From the IMG/VR virus record IMGVR_UViG_3300028840_002336, positions 6,145-70,144 of that record: a stretch of 64,000 nt of DNA; one strand, 5' to 3'. Below are positions 55,773 through 64,000 of this stretch, piece by piece. Source of the DNA: a virus. The notes beneath the pieces were generated by a model that saw only the letters and a list, made by a program, of their open reading frames with translations, had not been told where the DNA came from and searched no databases. A program made the position numbers and the translations under genes. Position 1 is the first letter of the stretch, and each line of letters begins with the position of its first letter.

Positions 55773-55931
55773 TTACTCGTCGAGCACGTCGCGCATTCGA
55801 CGCTCTCGCTCTCGCCACTCTCTGATCGCGTAGTAGATCCCCCACGCGCCACCGACGACAATCACGACCGCCAACAGCATGAAGCCGATGACGTGACTCC
55901 ACACGATGACGTCGAGCACGGTGTCTCTCAT
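55773..55931 (-). CDS. Small membrane protein
   Basis: Hydrophobic VIGFMLLAVVIVVGGAWGIYYAI. Confidence 0.5.
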   Translation of the reverse strand: MRDTVLDVIVWSHVIGFMLLAVVIVVGGAWGIYYAIREWRERERRMRDVLDE

Positions 55932-56308
55932 GGCTTCACCTTGATGTTGCTCGCCAGCACGCGATAGCCAGCTCTCGACGCGTGCGCCGCTGCTTCGCCT
56001 GGCTCGTCGAAGGGGCCGACGCTTCCCTCGTCGGTGTATTCCTCGTCGTAGTAGCACCACGCGTCAGCGTTGCCCATGTAACCGTTCACGACGATAGCGT
56101 CAGGCTTGTCGCAGGTCGGCACGAAGATCTCGTTGGCCTGGAGCGCGCGCAGGCACGCCTCCTTCGCCCGTCGAAGGAAATCGTTGACCTCTTCCTCGGT
56201 CATGCGTAGCGGCAGGTTCAACGCGCGCCGCCGCACGACCTCCTTGGCCACGAGCGGCACGACGCTGAGCCCCCACTCTGCCTTCTGCTTCTCGTCGTCA
56301 GTAGGCAT
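55928..56308 (-). CDS. Hypothetical protein
   Basis: GGAGG RBS; overlaps the upstream stop. Confidence 0.55.
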   Translation of the reverse strand: MPTDDEKQKAEWGLSVVPLVAKEVVRRRALNLPLRMTEEEVNDFLRRAKEACLRALQANEIFVPTCDKPDAIVVNGYMGNADAWCYYDEEYTDEGSVGPFDEPGEAAAHASRAGYRVLASNIKVKP

Positions 56309-56907
56309 CACCCCTCCGGCATCAGAGCGCACACCCAGCACAGCATGTCGTCGAGGCTGCCGCTGTTGATACGCTCCTTGTTCGGGCCTGGGCCGAACTC
56401 GATGCGCTTGGCGTTCCATCCCCCGCGCTTCGATTTCCAGACTTTCCCGACGACGGCGCCGGTCTTCTCGCGGTGGTACTTCACGCCGTATGACAACGTG
56501 CCGTCGTCGCCTTCACCCAGGGAGATCGTCCCCATCTCTGCTTCGGGCGCCTCTTCGCAGAACTTCAGCGTCGGGCCCATGTACACTTCGTGAATGCTCA
56601 CCCGCATCGTGCGCAGCATGTTCTCCGCGGTCTTCGGCATACCCTCTTCGAGGAAGATCAGCGCGCCGTGGATGATCTGCCTGCGCTCGAGCGCGAGTAG
56701 CTCGAATGATCGCACGCGCTCGACCGCTTCGCGCTTGGCCTGGGCGAGCTGGTTGCGAAGGCACAACACGTCGCCGGGGTTGTGCGTGTAGCACGGCCCG
56801 AGGAAGTAGCCGACGACGGTCACGACCTCGCCACAGTCGGGACACTTGCGCTGGTCCGGGCGCAGCGACTTCTCTTCTTCGTCGAACTTCTGCACTGTCT
56901 CAGTCAT
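56308..56907 (-). CDS. Hypothetical protein with Zn-finger-like N-terminus
   Basis: CPDC...C..H....C. Confidence 0.55.
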   Translation of the reverse strand: MTETVQKFDEEEKSLRPDQRKCPDCGEVVTVVGYFLGPCYTHNPGDVLCLRNQLAQAKREAVERVRSFELLALERRQIIHGALIFLEEGMPKTAENMLRTMRVSIHEVYMGPTLKFCEEAPEAEMGTISLGEGDDGTLSYGVKYHREKTGAVVGKVWKSKRGGWNAKRIEFGPGPNKERINSGSLDDMLCWVCALMPEG

Positions 56908-56910
56908 CGC

Positions 56911-57123
56911 TCACTCCATAGCGTCGGGGAGGCGCCGCACATAGCGCGCCTTCGTCCGCCAGCTGGCGCCGCAACTCATGCACATCACGTGTGACCACTC
57001 GCTCGGTGTCCAACGCCCGCCGTTGAACGCGGAGTGATTGCACTGCCGCTGTAGCACGCACCAGTCGCGATCCACCGGCGGCTTCTGCCGCTCTTCGCAC
57101 TGGCACGCGGTGCCGCCGCTCAT
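56911..57123 (-). CDS. Small Cys-rich phage protein
   Basis: W.V.QR.CNHSAFNG...TPS.WS.V.C..CG..WRTKA.YV. Confidence 0.6.
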   Translation of the reverse strand: MSGGTACQCEERQKPPVDRDWCVLQRQCNHSAFNGGRWTPSEWSHVMCMSCGASWRTKARYVRRLPDAME

Positions 57124-57350
57124 GGCTCTACCTCGGCGTAAGCCTCATTGATCGGCCCGTGGTAGACGTTGCCCTGCACGACAGCGCGCGGCATAGCCAC
57201 CTCTTCGCCTATCTCTGGATCGCCCTCGCCGGTCACGTCGAAGCGTAGGTCTAGCATCTGCGCCTTGCTGATCGCCGCCTCTTCGCCCTCAGCCTCAACG
57301 GCTACATTCACCGACGTCACCACAGGCAGCGTCACCACATAGGTCTTCAT
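57120..57350 (-). CDS. Hypothetical protein
   Basis: MKTYVVTLPV...VEAEGEEAAI.KA; AAGGAG RBS. Confidence 0.55.
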   Translation of the reverse strand: MKTYVVTLPVVTSVNVAVEAEGEEAAISKAQMLDLRFDVTGEGDPEIGEEVAMPRAVVQGNVYHGPINEAYAEVEP

Positions 57351-57640
57351 CGCTCTTCTCCTTCGGGGAGCTTGCACTCCACCTTGAGACAGTCGACGTA
57401 CTGATCGCCGCACGCGAGCTGCCGCGCATAGGCCTCTTCGAGGTGCTGGCACCGGGTGAAGGCCCGTCGACACATCGCCTCGCAGACGTGGTAGAGCGGC
57501 CGCTCGTCGGCCGTCGTAGCGCACGCCCCGACGACGCAGACGTAGAACGTCAGCGGGATGAAGATGGCCAGCATGATCGCACCCAGCTCGGCCAGGTCAC
57601 GCAGCGCCGCCGTCAGGATCATTCTCGTCGTCACCCACAT
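57347..57640 (-). CDS. Membrane/exported Cys-rich protein (possible lipoprotein)
   Basis: TM followed by VGAC and a cluster of Cys residues. Confidence 0.45.
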   Translation of the reverse strand: MWVTTRMILTAALRDLAELGAIMLAIFIPLTFYVCVVGACATTADERPLYHVCEAMCRRAFTRCQHLEEAYARQLACGDQYVDCLKVECKLPEGEER

Positions 57641-57642
57641 CG

Positions 57643-57903
57643 TCAGCCCCCTAACTCCCGCAAGATCTTCTTCACTGCTCGAGCGTACACTCCCGGCTGC
57701 GGCGGCCGTATCGCTTTGATGTAGATACTGCGCGCCCCCGTCGGCACGTGCCGCAATTCTGTCCCATGCGACGCGGGCATATCCATGGTGTCGTGTCCGA
57801 TGTCTTCTCGCATCTCGAAATCGAAGCCGCGCATGTCCCACGTCTGGGAATGCACCTTCCCGTCGTCACCACGGAAGCGAATCGTCAAGCTCGTCACGTT
57901 CAT
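57643..57903 (-). CDS. Hypothetical protein
   Basis: Packed ORF. Confidence 0.45.
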   Translation of the reverse strand: MNVTSLTIRFRGDDGKVHSQTWDMRGFDFEMREDIGHDTMDMPASHGTELRHVPTGARSIYIKAIRPPQPGVYARAVKKILRELGG

Positions 57904-57904
57904 A

Positions 57905-58156
57905 TCAGCACCGCTCGTCGTCATAGAACGCCGGCGCGCTCTCCGGCATCTCTTCGTTGGTCTCGACCACCCTGGGCGTGTCAGCGTAGGCGTCCCAGTC
58001 CGGCGCGCGGCGGATGTGCAAGTCTGGAAAGTAGTCCCAGTCGTATGGCGTCTTGCGCCAGGCCAAAGCCTTCGCAGCTCCGACCGTCGCCTCGAAGACG
58101 AGCAGCGACCCGTCGCTAGGGTCTGGTCCGCACCAGACGTGCCACGCCTTGAGCAT
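57905..58156 (-). CDS. Hypothetical protein
   Basis: MLKAW.V.......LLVF..T...AK..A, a common phage small-protein pattern. Confidence 0.55.
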   Translation of the reverse strand: MLKAWHVWCGPDPSDGSLLVFEATVGAAKALAWRKTPYDWDYFPDLHIRRAPDWDAYADTPRVVETNEEMPESAPAFYDDERC

Positions 58157-58641
58157 CAGAGACCCGCACCTTCCTCACTGGGGCGGTGCGTGTAGCCGAT
58201 CGACTCACCCATGCGGAGCTTGCGCGCCACCGCCTCAGCCTCGCGCTTGGTGCGACACCAGCGGGGGTTGTCCTGCAAGGTGCTCAGTTCGACCTTCATC
58301 TCATCCAGGCGGTAGAACACCTGCGGCGCCAACTTCGCCGGCCGGATGCGGCCGCAGCGCGCGAGCCTGATAGTGAACGCGGTGATCTGGTACTTGATTA
58401 TGCGGAACTCGGATACCTGCCCGCCTCGGCCGCTTCCCTCACACGCTGGACACGTGAAGTCCTCGTCTTGGTCGTCGCTGTGCAGATAGCCCACGTCGTC
58501 ACAGACGTCACAGCCTGCGAAGCTACCCTCGAACTCGTCGACGAGATAGAACCGATCACCGACGGTGTACGGCACCTCGAATTTAGTCTGCGCCCGCCCG
58601 CGCTTGATCGCGCTCTTCTTGGCTGCCCGTTTCGTCGCCAT
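58156..58641 (-). CDS. Hypothetical protein with DnaJ-type CxxCxGxG zinc motif
   Basis: CDVCDDVG...CPACEGSG. Confidence 0.55.
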   Translation of the reverse strand: MATKRAAKKSAIKRGRAQTKFEVPYTVGDRFYLVDEFEGSFAGCDVCDDVGYLHSDDQDEDFTCPACEGSGRGGQVSEFRIIKYQITAFTIRLARCGRIRPAKLAPQVFYRLDEMKVELSTLQDNPRWCRTKREAEAVARKLRMGESIGYTHRPSEEGAGL

Positions 58642-58849
58642 TGGTTGTCCCCTTCGAGTCGGTGACGGGTCTCCAACCGTCGTCGACCCAGACGAATGCT
58701 TGCTTGTCATCGTCGACGATGATCTCGCCAACGTAGTAGAGCCTCACTCCGCAGAACCTGCACGCGCTTCCCTTCCTCGTCGCCGCGATGCCGTGACACG
58801 CCGGACAGTGGATAGTGCTCGGGCGCCGCTTGTTGCCGTAGCGCGGCAC
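58583..58849 (-). CDS. Small zinc-ribbon protein
   Basis: CPAC...CRFC, directly after terminase. Confidence 0.45.
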   Translation of the reverse strand: MPRYGNKRRPSTIHCPACHGIAATRKGSACRFCGVRLYYVGEIIVDDDKQAFVWVDDGWRPVTDSKGTTNGDETGSQEERDQARAGAD

Positions 58850-60714
58850 TACCAGAACCTTCCCATCTGCGATGGCGACGGCGCGCCTTCCTTGAGCGTA
58901 CCCGTATCCTCGTCGACGAGGTTGAACTTCGGTGCACTGGCGTCGGGCACCTTCTCTTCCGTCTTCACTGTGCCAGCGGCCACCGCCTCGAGCACGCGCT
59001 TCTGGTCGGCCGCCACTTCGGCCATGTACTTCTCCAGCTCTTCCTTGGTGAGCGCGCTCTCCTTCAACTCCCCCTTGGCGATCTTGTGGTCGACGTAGTC
59101 ATCCTCTTCGTCACCGAATGAGAACGAGAACGCGCCCTGGCTGATGGCGTTCTCGCACATCCAATTCGCCATCACGGTATCGTCGTGCGTAGCCACGGAC
59201 ACCACCTTGCCCTCGTCGAAGGTGAAGGCGCGCAGCTCGGCGACCCACACGTCGGTCAGCTCGACGCTGCGCGTGTCCCCGCGCGGGATGCGGTACTTCT
59301 TGTTCTCGAATTTCACACGCAGCGACGGGACGCCCTTCTCGAGACTGTGCTTCTCTTCGCCAGTCTCGTAGAGCTTCACCGGTAGGTCGGTCGTGCGTAT
59401 CAGCTCGGTGCCGAACACTCGCTGCGCCTGGTTCGCTTCGATGAAGATCAAGTCCGCCTTGTAGCGCCTGGCGATGCTGTTGATGTGGCTCAGCTGCACG
59501 TGGTAGTCGAGCCCCTTGTCTCGGAAGATGTCCAGTATCCACCGGTTCTCGAAGACGTCGATACCCATCGTCCAGATCACGGTGTAGTCAGCGCCGGCCG
59601 ACGACGACAGCGCGATGTCAACGCCCATGAAGACGCTGCGGATGCCTGCCTTGCGCCAGAACTCGATCGGCATACCCAGCTTGACCAGCGGCTGCTCGAT
59701 CGGTGAGCCCTGGAATAGCGTCGAGGGGAACAGCGACATCTCGTCGCTGACCGGCACGCATTGGAACTCGCGCGCGAAGCGCACGGTGCCGATCTCTCGA
59801 CGCCTCTGCTCGAGCCGCTCGCGGTTGTAGCGCTCCGGCCAGAGCACGCGCCCGGTGTCCTCGTCGAGGGCCTGATAGCGGACGAACTTATACTCGACGT
59901 TCGTGCGGAGCTGGGCGTAGAGGTCCGCCTCGTGGAACGGCGTACCGACGACGATGATCTGACCACCCGGCACGATCATGTTCGTGATGGCGGTGTAGAA
60001 GTAGTCCACGTGCTTCTTGCGCACGGTCTCGCTGTAGGCGTCCTCGTCATTGAGGCCGTCGTCGACGACGATCCACGTTGGGTGAGCGCCGCGGACCTTG
60101 GTGCCGAACCCGCGTGCGTAGATGCGGTGGCCGTTGCTGAGCTTGATTGCCGTCGACGACCACATCGTCTTGTTCTTGGGCACGAGGTGCTGGAGCTTCG
60201 GGTTGCGCTCCAGCTCGTCCTTGATGTCCTGCAAGATGCGCTCGGCCTGGGGAGCTGTCGCCGAGAAGATGAAGCCGATCCCGTTGGGCTCCTTCGACGC
60301 GCGCCAGATCGGATAGGCCAGGTCGAAGAAGAAGGTCTTGGAGTGGTCGCGAGGCGCCATGATGCAGATACGATGGTGCTCGCGCACCAACGCGTCCCAC
60401 TCTTCGTGATGGCGACCGATCAGGAACCTGCCGTTGTACGGTGGGTCAGGCGGCCCGCTGAGCACCTCGCTGGCGAAGAAGGCGCAGCTGTAGTCGAGCA
60501 GCTGCTGTAGATGCTCCCCGAGCTTTCCAGCCTTTTGCACCTCGACCGCAAGCGCACCCGCGCCGTCGGTGACGCCGGCGTTCTCCATTGCGGTCTCTAG
60601 CGCGCTCGGCTTCGGTGAGAAGCGGCCGTGCTCGTCACGCTTGGCCGGGGTCCTCTTCACCGGCCGTCGGCGGCGCGGCTTTTCCTGACTTTCCATCCTT
60701 CGAGTCTGCCTCAC
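58849..60714 (-). CDS. terL: Terminase large subunit
   Basis: Walker A APRDHSKT, RGAHP..IVVDD Walker B, VVGTP motif, nuclease FMGVDIA, ADYT and HDDTVMA. The start may be ATG 60696. Confidence 0.92.
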   Translation of the reverse strand: MRQTRRMESQEKPRRRRPVKRTPAKRDEHGRFSPKPSALETAMENAGVTDGAGALAVEVQKAGKLGEHLQQLLDYSCAFFASEVLSGPPDPPYNGRFLIGRHHEEWDALVREHHRICIMAPRDHSKTFFFDLAYPIWRASKEPNGIGFIFSATAPQAERILQDIKDELERNPKLQHLVPKNKTMWSSTAIKLSNGHRIYARGFGTKVRGAHPTWIVVDDGLNDEDAYSETVRKKHVDYFYTAITNMIVPGGQIIVVGTPFHEADLYAQLRTNVEYKFVRYQALDEDTGRVLWPERYNRERLEQRRREIGTVRFAREFQCVPVSDEMSLFPSTLFQGSPIEQPLVKLGMPIEFWRKAGIRSVFMGVDIALSSSAGADYTVIWTMGIDVFENRWILDIFRDKGLDYHVQLSHINSIARRYKADLIFIEANQAQRVFGTELIRTTDLPVKLYETGEEKHSLEKGVPSLRVKFENKKYRIPRGDTRSVELTDVWVAELRAFTFDEGKVVSVATHDDTVMANWMCENAISQGAFSFSFGDEEDDYVDHKIAKGELKESALTKEELEKYMAEVAADQKRVLEAVAAGTVKTEEKVPDASAPKFNLVDEDTGTLKEGAPSPSQMGRFW

Positions 60715-61045
60715 TTTCCAGACTTTGTCGAACCTTGGTCTCTGCCTCCGCTTGCGTCAGGCGCCAGCGCAGCACGTGCACTTGTTCGTCGAGCGCCTTG
60801 AGCATCGTCGTCATCGACTCCACCTGCGTCTTGCAGCTCTCCACCTGCGACTCGAGCGCAATCGCTTGAGCGCGCAACGCGTGGACCTCGTCCTCGTAGC
60901 GCCAGTCTCTGTGTTGCATCAGTCCCTGCTGTGAAGAAGAGACCGGCAGCTCTAGCTCATTGCAGTCGGGGGGGAGGACCGCGCCGAGCGTCGAGCTGCC
61001 GGTCATGGCTTGGGCAGCCACACCCATCATACCGACGTCACCCAT
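60635..61045 (-). CDS. Coiled-coil hypothetical protein
   Basis: GGAG RBS; heptad-rich; overlaps the terminase 5' end. Confidence 0.5.
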   Translation of the reverse strand: MGDVGMMGVAAQAMTGSSTLGAVLPPDCNELELPVSSSQQGLMQHRDWRYEDEVHALRAQAIALESQVESCKTQVESMTTMLKALDEQVHVLRWRLTQAEAETKVRQSLESEADSKDGKSGKAAPPTAGEEDPGQA

Positions 61046-61059
61046 GCCGTCAACTCCAG

Positions 61060-61407
61060 TCAGAACGGCACAGCGTCAGCGTGCGCCGGGTTGTTACCAG
61101 TGGCCGCCAGCGCGACGAGAAGCGCGATGTCGACCTCGAGATCTGCGACCTCACGAGCGGCCTGGACAGAGACCTCTACCTCAGCCGCCGCCTCTTCACG
61201 CTGCTGCTCACGGCAGTCAGCGACGTGGTCGCGCCACATCTCCTTCTTGATTTGGTGCCAGAGCCCGAGGATGGTGTGGCGCCGCTTGTAGCGCCACGTC
61301 GACGGGTCATCGCTCGCGCTCCACAGCATCCCGTAGATGTCTTGGTAGGTGAACCCTGTGCGGAAGTCGTCATATACCAGTTCGCAGACGGGACAGACTT
61401 CACACAC
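61060..61407 (-). CDS. Hypothetical protein
   Basis: GAGG RBS; CPVC motif. Confidence 0.55.
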   Translation of the reverse strand: MCEVCPVCELVYDDFRTGFTYQDIYGMLWSASDDPSTWRYKRRHTILGLWHQIKKEMWRDHVADCREQQREEAAAEVEVSVQAAREVADLEVDIALLVALAATGNNPAHADAVPF

Positions 61408-61416
61408 GTCGTCACC

Positions 61417-61758
61417 TCACGGTTGAATGATGCCGACGCCGATGGTGCTCTCTGCTTCCTTGCACAGCAGATCGAACGCCACCTGGCCGATGGTCCCTGT
61501 CCGGTAGTAGCCCTTGATCTCGCCGAGCACGCCGCCCGTCTTCACCATGAGCTGCCAGCCCATCCGCTTGTAGGCTCGCACCGACACGCCGAAGCTCTGC
61601 GGGTTGGTCCCCATCAGGTCGATCTGTCGACGGAAAGCGGCGCACTCGTCGATCATGCGCCGGCACTCGTTCACCGCCTGGTCACCTCGCGTGATGCGCT
61701 CACTCTCGGGGAGCTTCTGCGCCTCAGCGTCGAAGATGTGCGGGTTGGGATTGTCCAT
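61417..61758 (-). CDS. Hypothetical protein
   Basis: ATG 61758, directly after the stop of the upstream gene. Confidence 0.55.
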   Translation of the reverse strand: MDNPNPHIFDAEAQKLPESERITRGDQAVNECRRMIDECAAFRRQIDLMGTNPQSFGVSVRAYKRMGWQLMVKTGGVLGEIKGYYRTGTIGQVAFDLLCKEAESTIGVGIIQP

Positions 61759-61759
61759 G

Positions 61760-62356
61760 TCACCACTCGCTGGGGATGCGTGAGCGAAAGCAGCTGATCG
61801 TGTTCGGGCGCCACGGCCACGACGAGCGCTGCCCGCCCTTCGTCGACACGCCCTCGTCGGCGGGCCAGCTCGGCTCGTCACCTGGGCGCAGAGAATGGAT
61901 GCCGGAGTGAAACAGCCCGATGTTGAACGTCGACGCCGCCACGCGGCAGCCGAAGAAGTCGACGCACTCCCGGGCGAACGCCTGCCCGCGCTCGCGCGCG
62001 AACGTCGAGCACGTCCGCCACCAGACCAAGCTCTCGGGGCGCATCCTCGACGACAACGCCACCATGGGCGCGTGCCAGGGATGCGTCGGACTGGTGAAGA
62101 CCACGCGGTTGATCGCCTTGCCGCCGACGTAGACGCGGCCGGGGCTGCCGTGTCCCCAGAAGTGAAGCTCTGCGATCGGGTCGGGCTGCTCGATCAGCGC
62201 GGCAGCTCGCAACGTCGACGACCAGTCCACTGCGGGGATGACGACGTCGAAGCGGCCGAACTTGCGCGCCCAGTAGGCGCCGAACGCCCAGGTCTCGTCG
62301 AGCAGCCCAGGCGCCCGCACCGCGTCGTATATCAGAACTCGCAAGCCGTTCGACAT
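61760..62356 (-). CDS. DUF4347-like / caspase-hemoglobinase-fold protein with putative His-Cys dyad
   Basis: ELHFWGHGSPGRVYVG ... LVWWRTCSTF..ERGQAF....FGCRVAAS. Confidence 0.55.
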   Translation of the reverse strand: MSNGLRVLIYDAVRAPGLLDETWAFGAYWARKFGRFDVVIPAVDWSSTLRAAALIEQPDPIAELHFWGHGSPGRVYVGGKAINRVVFTSPTHPWHAPMVALSSRMRPESLVWWRTCSTFARERGQAFARECVDFFGCRVAASTFNIGLFHSGIHSLRPGDEPSWPADEGVSTKGGQRSSWPWRPNTISCFRSRIPSEW

Positions 62357-62406
62357 GAAGCGCCTACCCTACCAGTCCGTCGTCACGCGCTCAACTTTCC
62401 TGACTT

Positions 62407-62607
62407 TCACTTGCGCTTGCTCCCGCTGCCGCCCTTGTTGTCCAGACAGTGGCAGCCGTACGACCACGTCGGTGCGTCCGGGTGCTGGGCACGCCAGCAC
62501 GCGTAGTCGCACGAGCCCCATCCCACGATCAGCAGTACGAGCAGCAGCAGCCATCCGAGCGCTTTCCAGGCTTCCCGCCCCTTCTCGTCGCCGTCGGTCT
62601 TCTTCAT
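62407..62607 (-). CDS. Small membrane protein
   Basis: TM ALGWLLLLVLLIVGWG; GGAGG RBS. Confidence 0.5.
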   Translation of the reverse strand: MKKTDGDEKGREAWKALGWLLLLVLLIVGWGSCDYACWRAQHPDAPTWSYGCHCLDNKGGSGSKRK

Positions 62608-62649
62608 GGCGCCTCCCCTACTAGGTAAAACACATCAGCGCCGCGATCG

Positions 62650-62934
62650 TTACGGTGGCGCGCCGGTCCTCGTCGGAATCGGCCCATGCAATTCCAGACT
62701 ATTCACTGCGGCATGTCGGCGAGCTGCGCCCGCCAGGGATCGCTCATACTCTCGGTTGGCGATGGCGAGCCGCTCGCACACCCGCTGCTGCACCAGAGCT
62801 GTCTGCCGCTGCTCAGCTACCTGACGACGCAGGCGCTCCAGCTCGCGCCCCTGGGCACCGTTTTGCAACCACAGCCAGGTCACCGCCGCACTGGCGACGA
62901 AGGCTAGGACAGCCACGGTAGCCCAGCGCAGCAT
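62650..62934 (-). CDS. N-terminal TM plus coiled-coil protein
   Basis: WATVAVLAFVASAAVTWLWL followed by heptads. Confidence 0.5.
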   Translation of the reverse strand: MLRWATVAVLAFVASAAVTWLWLQNGAQGRELERLRRQVAEQRQTALVQQRVCERLAIANREYERSLAGAARRHAAVNSLELHGPIPTRTGAPP

Positions 62935-62935
62935 G

Positions 62936-63241
62936 TCAGCGCACTCGGCTTTCCATCCACGCCTTGTAGTCTTCCAAGAGCTGGATCAGGTCGGTGGCGT
63001 CGGAAGACCGGAACCATTTGGTGGTACGGTCGTTCCGCGTCTTCCGGCCGACGGAGAACGACGTGCGGTAGCCGCGACCGTCAGACAGAGCCGCCTGACG
63101 GACCTCGAGATGAAGGTCGCCGTTTTCCAGAGTATCGACAGTCTGCCAATCCAGCGGCGGGAGCGGCGGCCGGTCGCCTCGACCGTTGCCGCCCATGCCT
63201 CTGCCGCTGCCCCTGCGCTCTTGCGCTCCATTCCCACGCAC
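62936..63241 (-). CDS. Hypothetical protein
   Basis: GGAGG-TCAC-GTG start at 63241. Confidence 0.55.
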   Translation of the reverse strand: MRGNGAQERRGSGRGMGGNGRGDRPPLPPLDWQTVDTLENGDLHLEVRQAALSDGRGYRTSFSVGRKTRNDRTTKWFRSSDATDLIQLLEDYKAWMESRVR

Positions 63242-63249
63242 GTGACCTC

Positions 63250-64000
63250 CTAGCGCCACCAGGCGCCCTCTGTGTTGCCCTCTGCGGCTGCCTGAGCAGC
63301 TGCCGCGCCCGCTGCTTCCCAGACGCGCGCGGAGGCCGCCTCGAAGGCTTCCTCGCACGCGTCGATGCCGATGAAATCGAGTCCGTGCTTCACTGCCGCC
63401 ACCCCGAACGCGCCGCTCCCCATGAAGGGGTCACAGAGTATATCGCCGGCGCCGGCACTTTGACGAATGAGGATCTCCGCCAGCTCGACAGGCTTCTCGG
63501 TCGGGTAGCCCCGCCAGACCCTGGGCACCTCGAGCACGTCGTCGATCTCGTCGAGCGCCGCGGGCCCCTTGAGCACGTCGGGCACGCCCAGGTCGGCGAG
63601 CTTGCGCTTGCCCTTCTCGGCGAAGAGGATGAACTCGTAGCGCGCGCGGTAGTGGTAGCCCATGCCGATCTTCATCTTGTCCCAGACCAGCCGTTTCCAG
63701 ACTTTGAAACCGGCGGCCGCCAGCTCGGGCTTGAGCACGTCGCTGGTCTCGTCGTCGCACATCACGTAGCAGTGCGAGCCCGGCCGGAGCACGCGGTACA
63801 GCTCCGCGCAGAAGTCTGGAAAGCGGCTGTTGGGGAAGATGTTGAACCAGTCATTCGAGCTGGCCTTGCTGTGGCTCAACCGGGTCGTGGTTCCACGGGC
63901 GCGGTGCTTTTCCAGGCTTTCGTAGGCCGGGTCGGTCACCACGATGTCGATCGAGCTGGGCGCCATCGCGCGCAGTGCGTGCACGGCATCGCAATGCAGT
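63250..64000 (-). CDS. DNA amino-methyltransferase (N6-A/N4-C, beta class); 5' end probably outside the window
   Basis: IDIVVTDPAY (DPPY-type motif IV), YRVLRPG, WDK..GMGY.YR..YE, YPTEKP and DPFMGSG (motif I). Confidence 0.88.
   Translation of the reverse strand, partial: LHCDAVHALRAMAPSSIDIVVTDPAYESLEKHRARGTTTRLSHSKASSNDWFNIFPNSRFPDFCAELYRVLRPGSHCYVMCDDETSDVLKPELAAAGFKVWKRLVWDKMKIGMGYHYRARYEFILFAEKGKRKLADLGVPDVLKGPAALDEIDDVLEVPRVWRGYPTEKPVELAEILIRQSAGAGDILCDPFMGSGAFGVAAVKHGLDFIGIDACEEAFEAASARVWEAAGAAAAQAAAEGNTEGAWWR

Larger units (their letters stand above)
2772..63920 (+). repeat. Dispersed oriented 12-bp motif TTTCCAG(A/C/G)CTTT (~45 copies including near-matches)
   Basis: Exact copies at 7583, 13544, 27923, 31369, 35110, 35282, 42039, 50876, 52404, 52541, 53525, 54377, 56434, 60524, 60715, 63694 and 63909; exact reverse copy at 51535. 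Confidence 0.85.

Noticed and set aside
58849-60714. Intein or intron in terminase
   Set aside because: ATPase and nuclease motifs are normally spaced with no insertion.
2772-63920. The 12-mer as a mere by-product of KS/KA protease sites
   Set aside because: A few copies overlap such sites (e.g. 35110), but it occurs in all three frames, in non-head genes, in intergenic DNA and occasionally reversed.
1-64000. Stop-codon reassignment, tRNA/rRNA genes, integrase or att sites
   Set aside because: Core genes are full length in the standard code and use TAG, TGA and TAA stops; no such elements were recognisable by eye (not scanned computationally).

Overview
This is a high-GC (roughly two-thirds G+C by eye) contractile-tailed bacteriophage genome segment, and essentially all credible genes are on the minus strand. 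Read right to left, it holds a DNA methyltransferase, many small accessory genes and a terminase large subunit, then a ~550 bp non-coding GC-rich block. Next come three giant modular proteins, the portal, a giant SNF2/glycosylase protein and a MuF-pyrophosphatase fusion. Prohead protease, scaffold, major capsid, neck, sheath, tube, chaperones, tape measure and baseplate follow, with a SPO1/Twort (Herelleviridae)-like gene order and protein resemblance. Two signals stand out. (1) The giant head-region proteins look like polyproteins. A ~20-aa leader, (Y/F)IGP(R/K)GG(K/R/L)WxDxxHTI(P/H)(W/Y), occurs 9 times across 4 genes, each time just after a capsid-type K-(A/S/G) putative protease site and just before a different cargo segment (GNAT, two ADP-ribosyltransferases, TGT/DpdA-like, PAPS-reductase-like, SNF2, HhH glycosylase). 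(2) An AT-rich asymmetric 12-mer, TTTCCAG(A/C/G)CTTT, is scattered about 45 times including near-matches. It is strongly oriented and occurs in all three reading frames and at putative promoters. All calls come from reading motifs by eye; no database searches were run.
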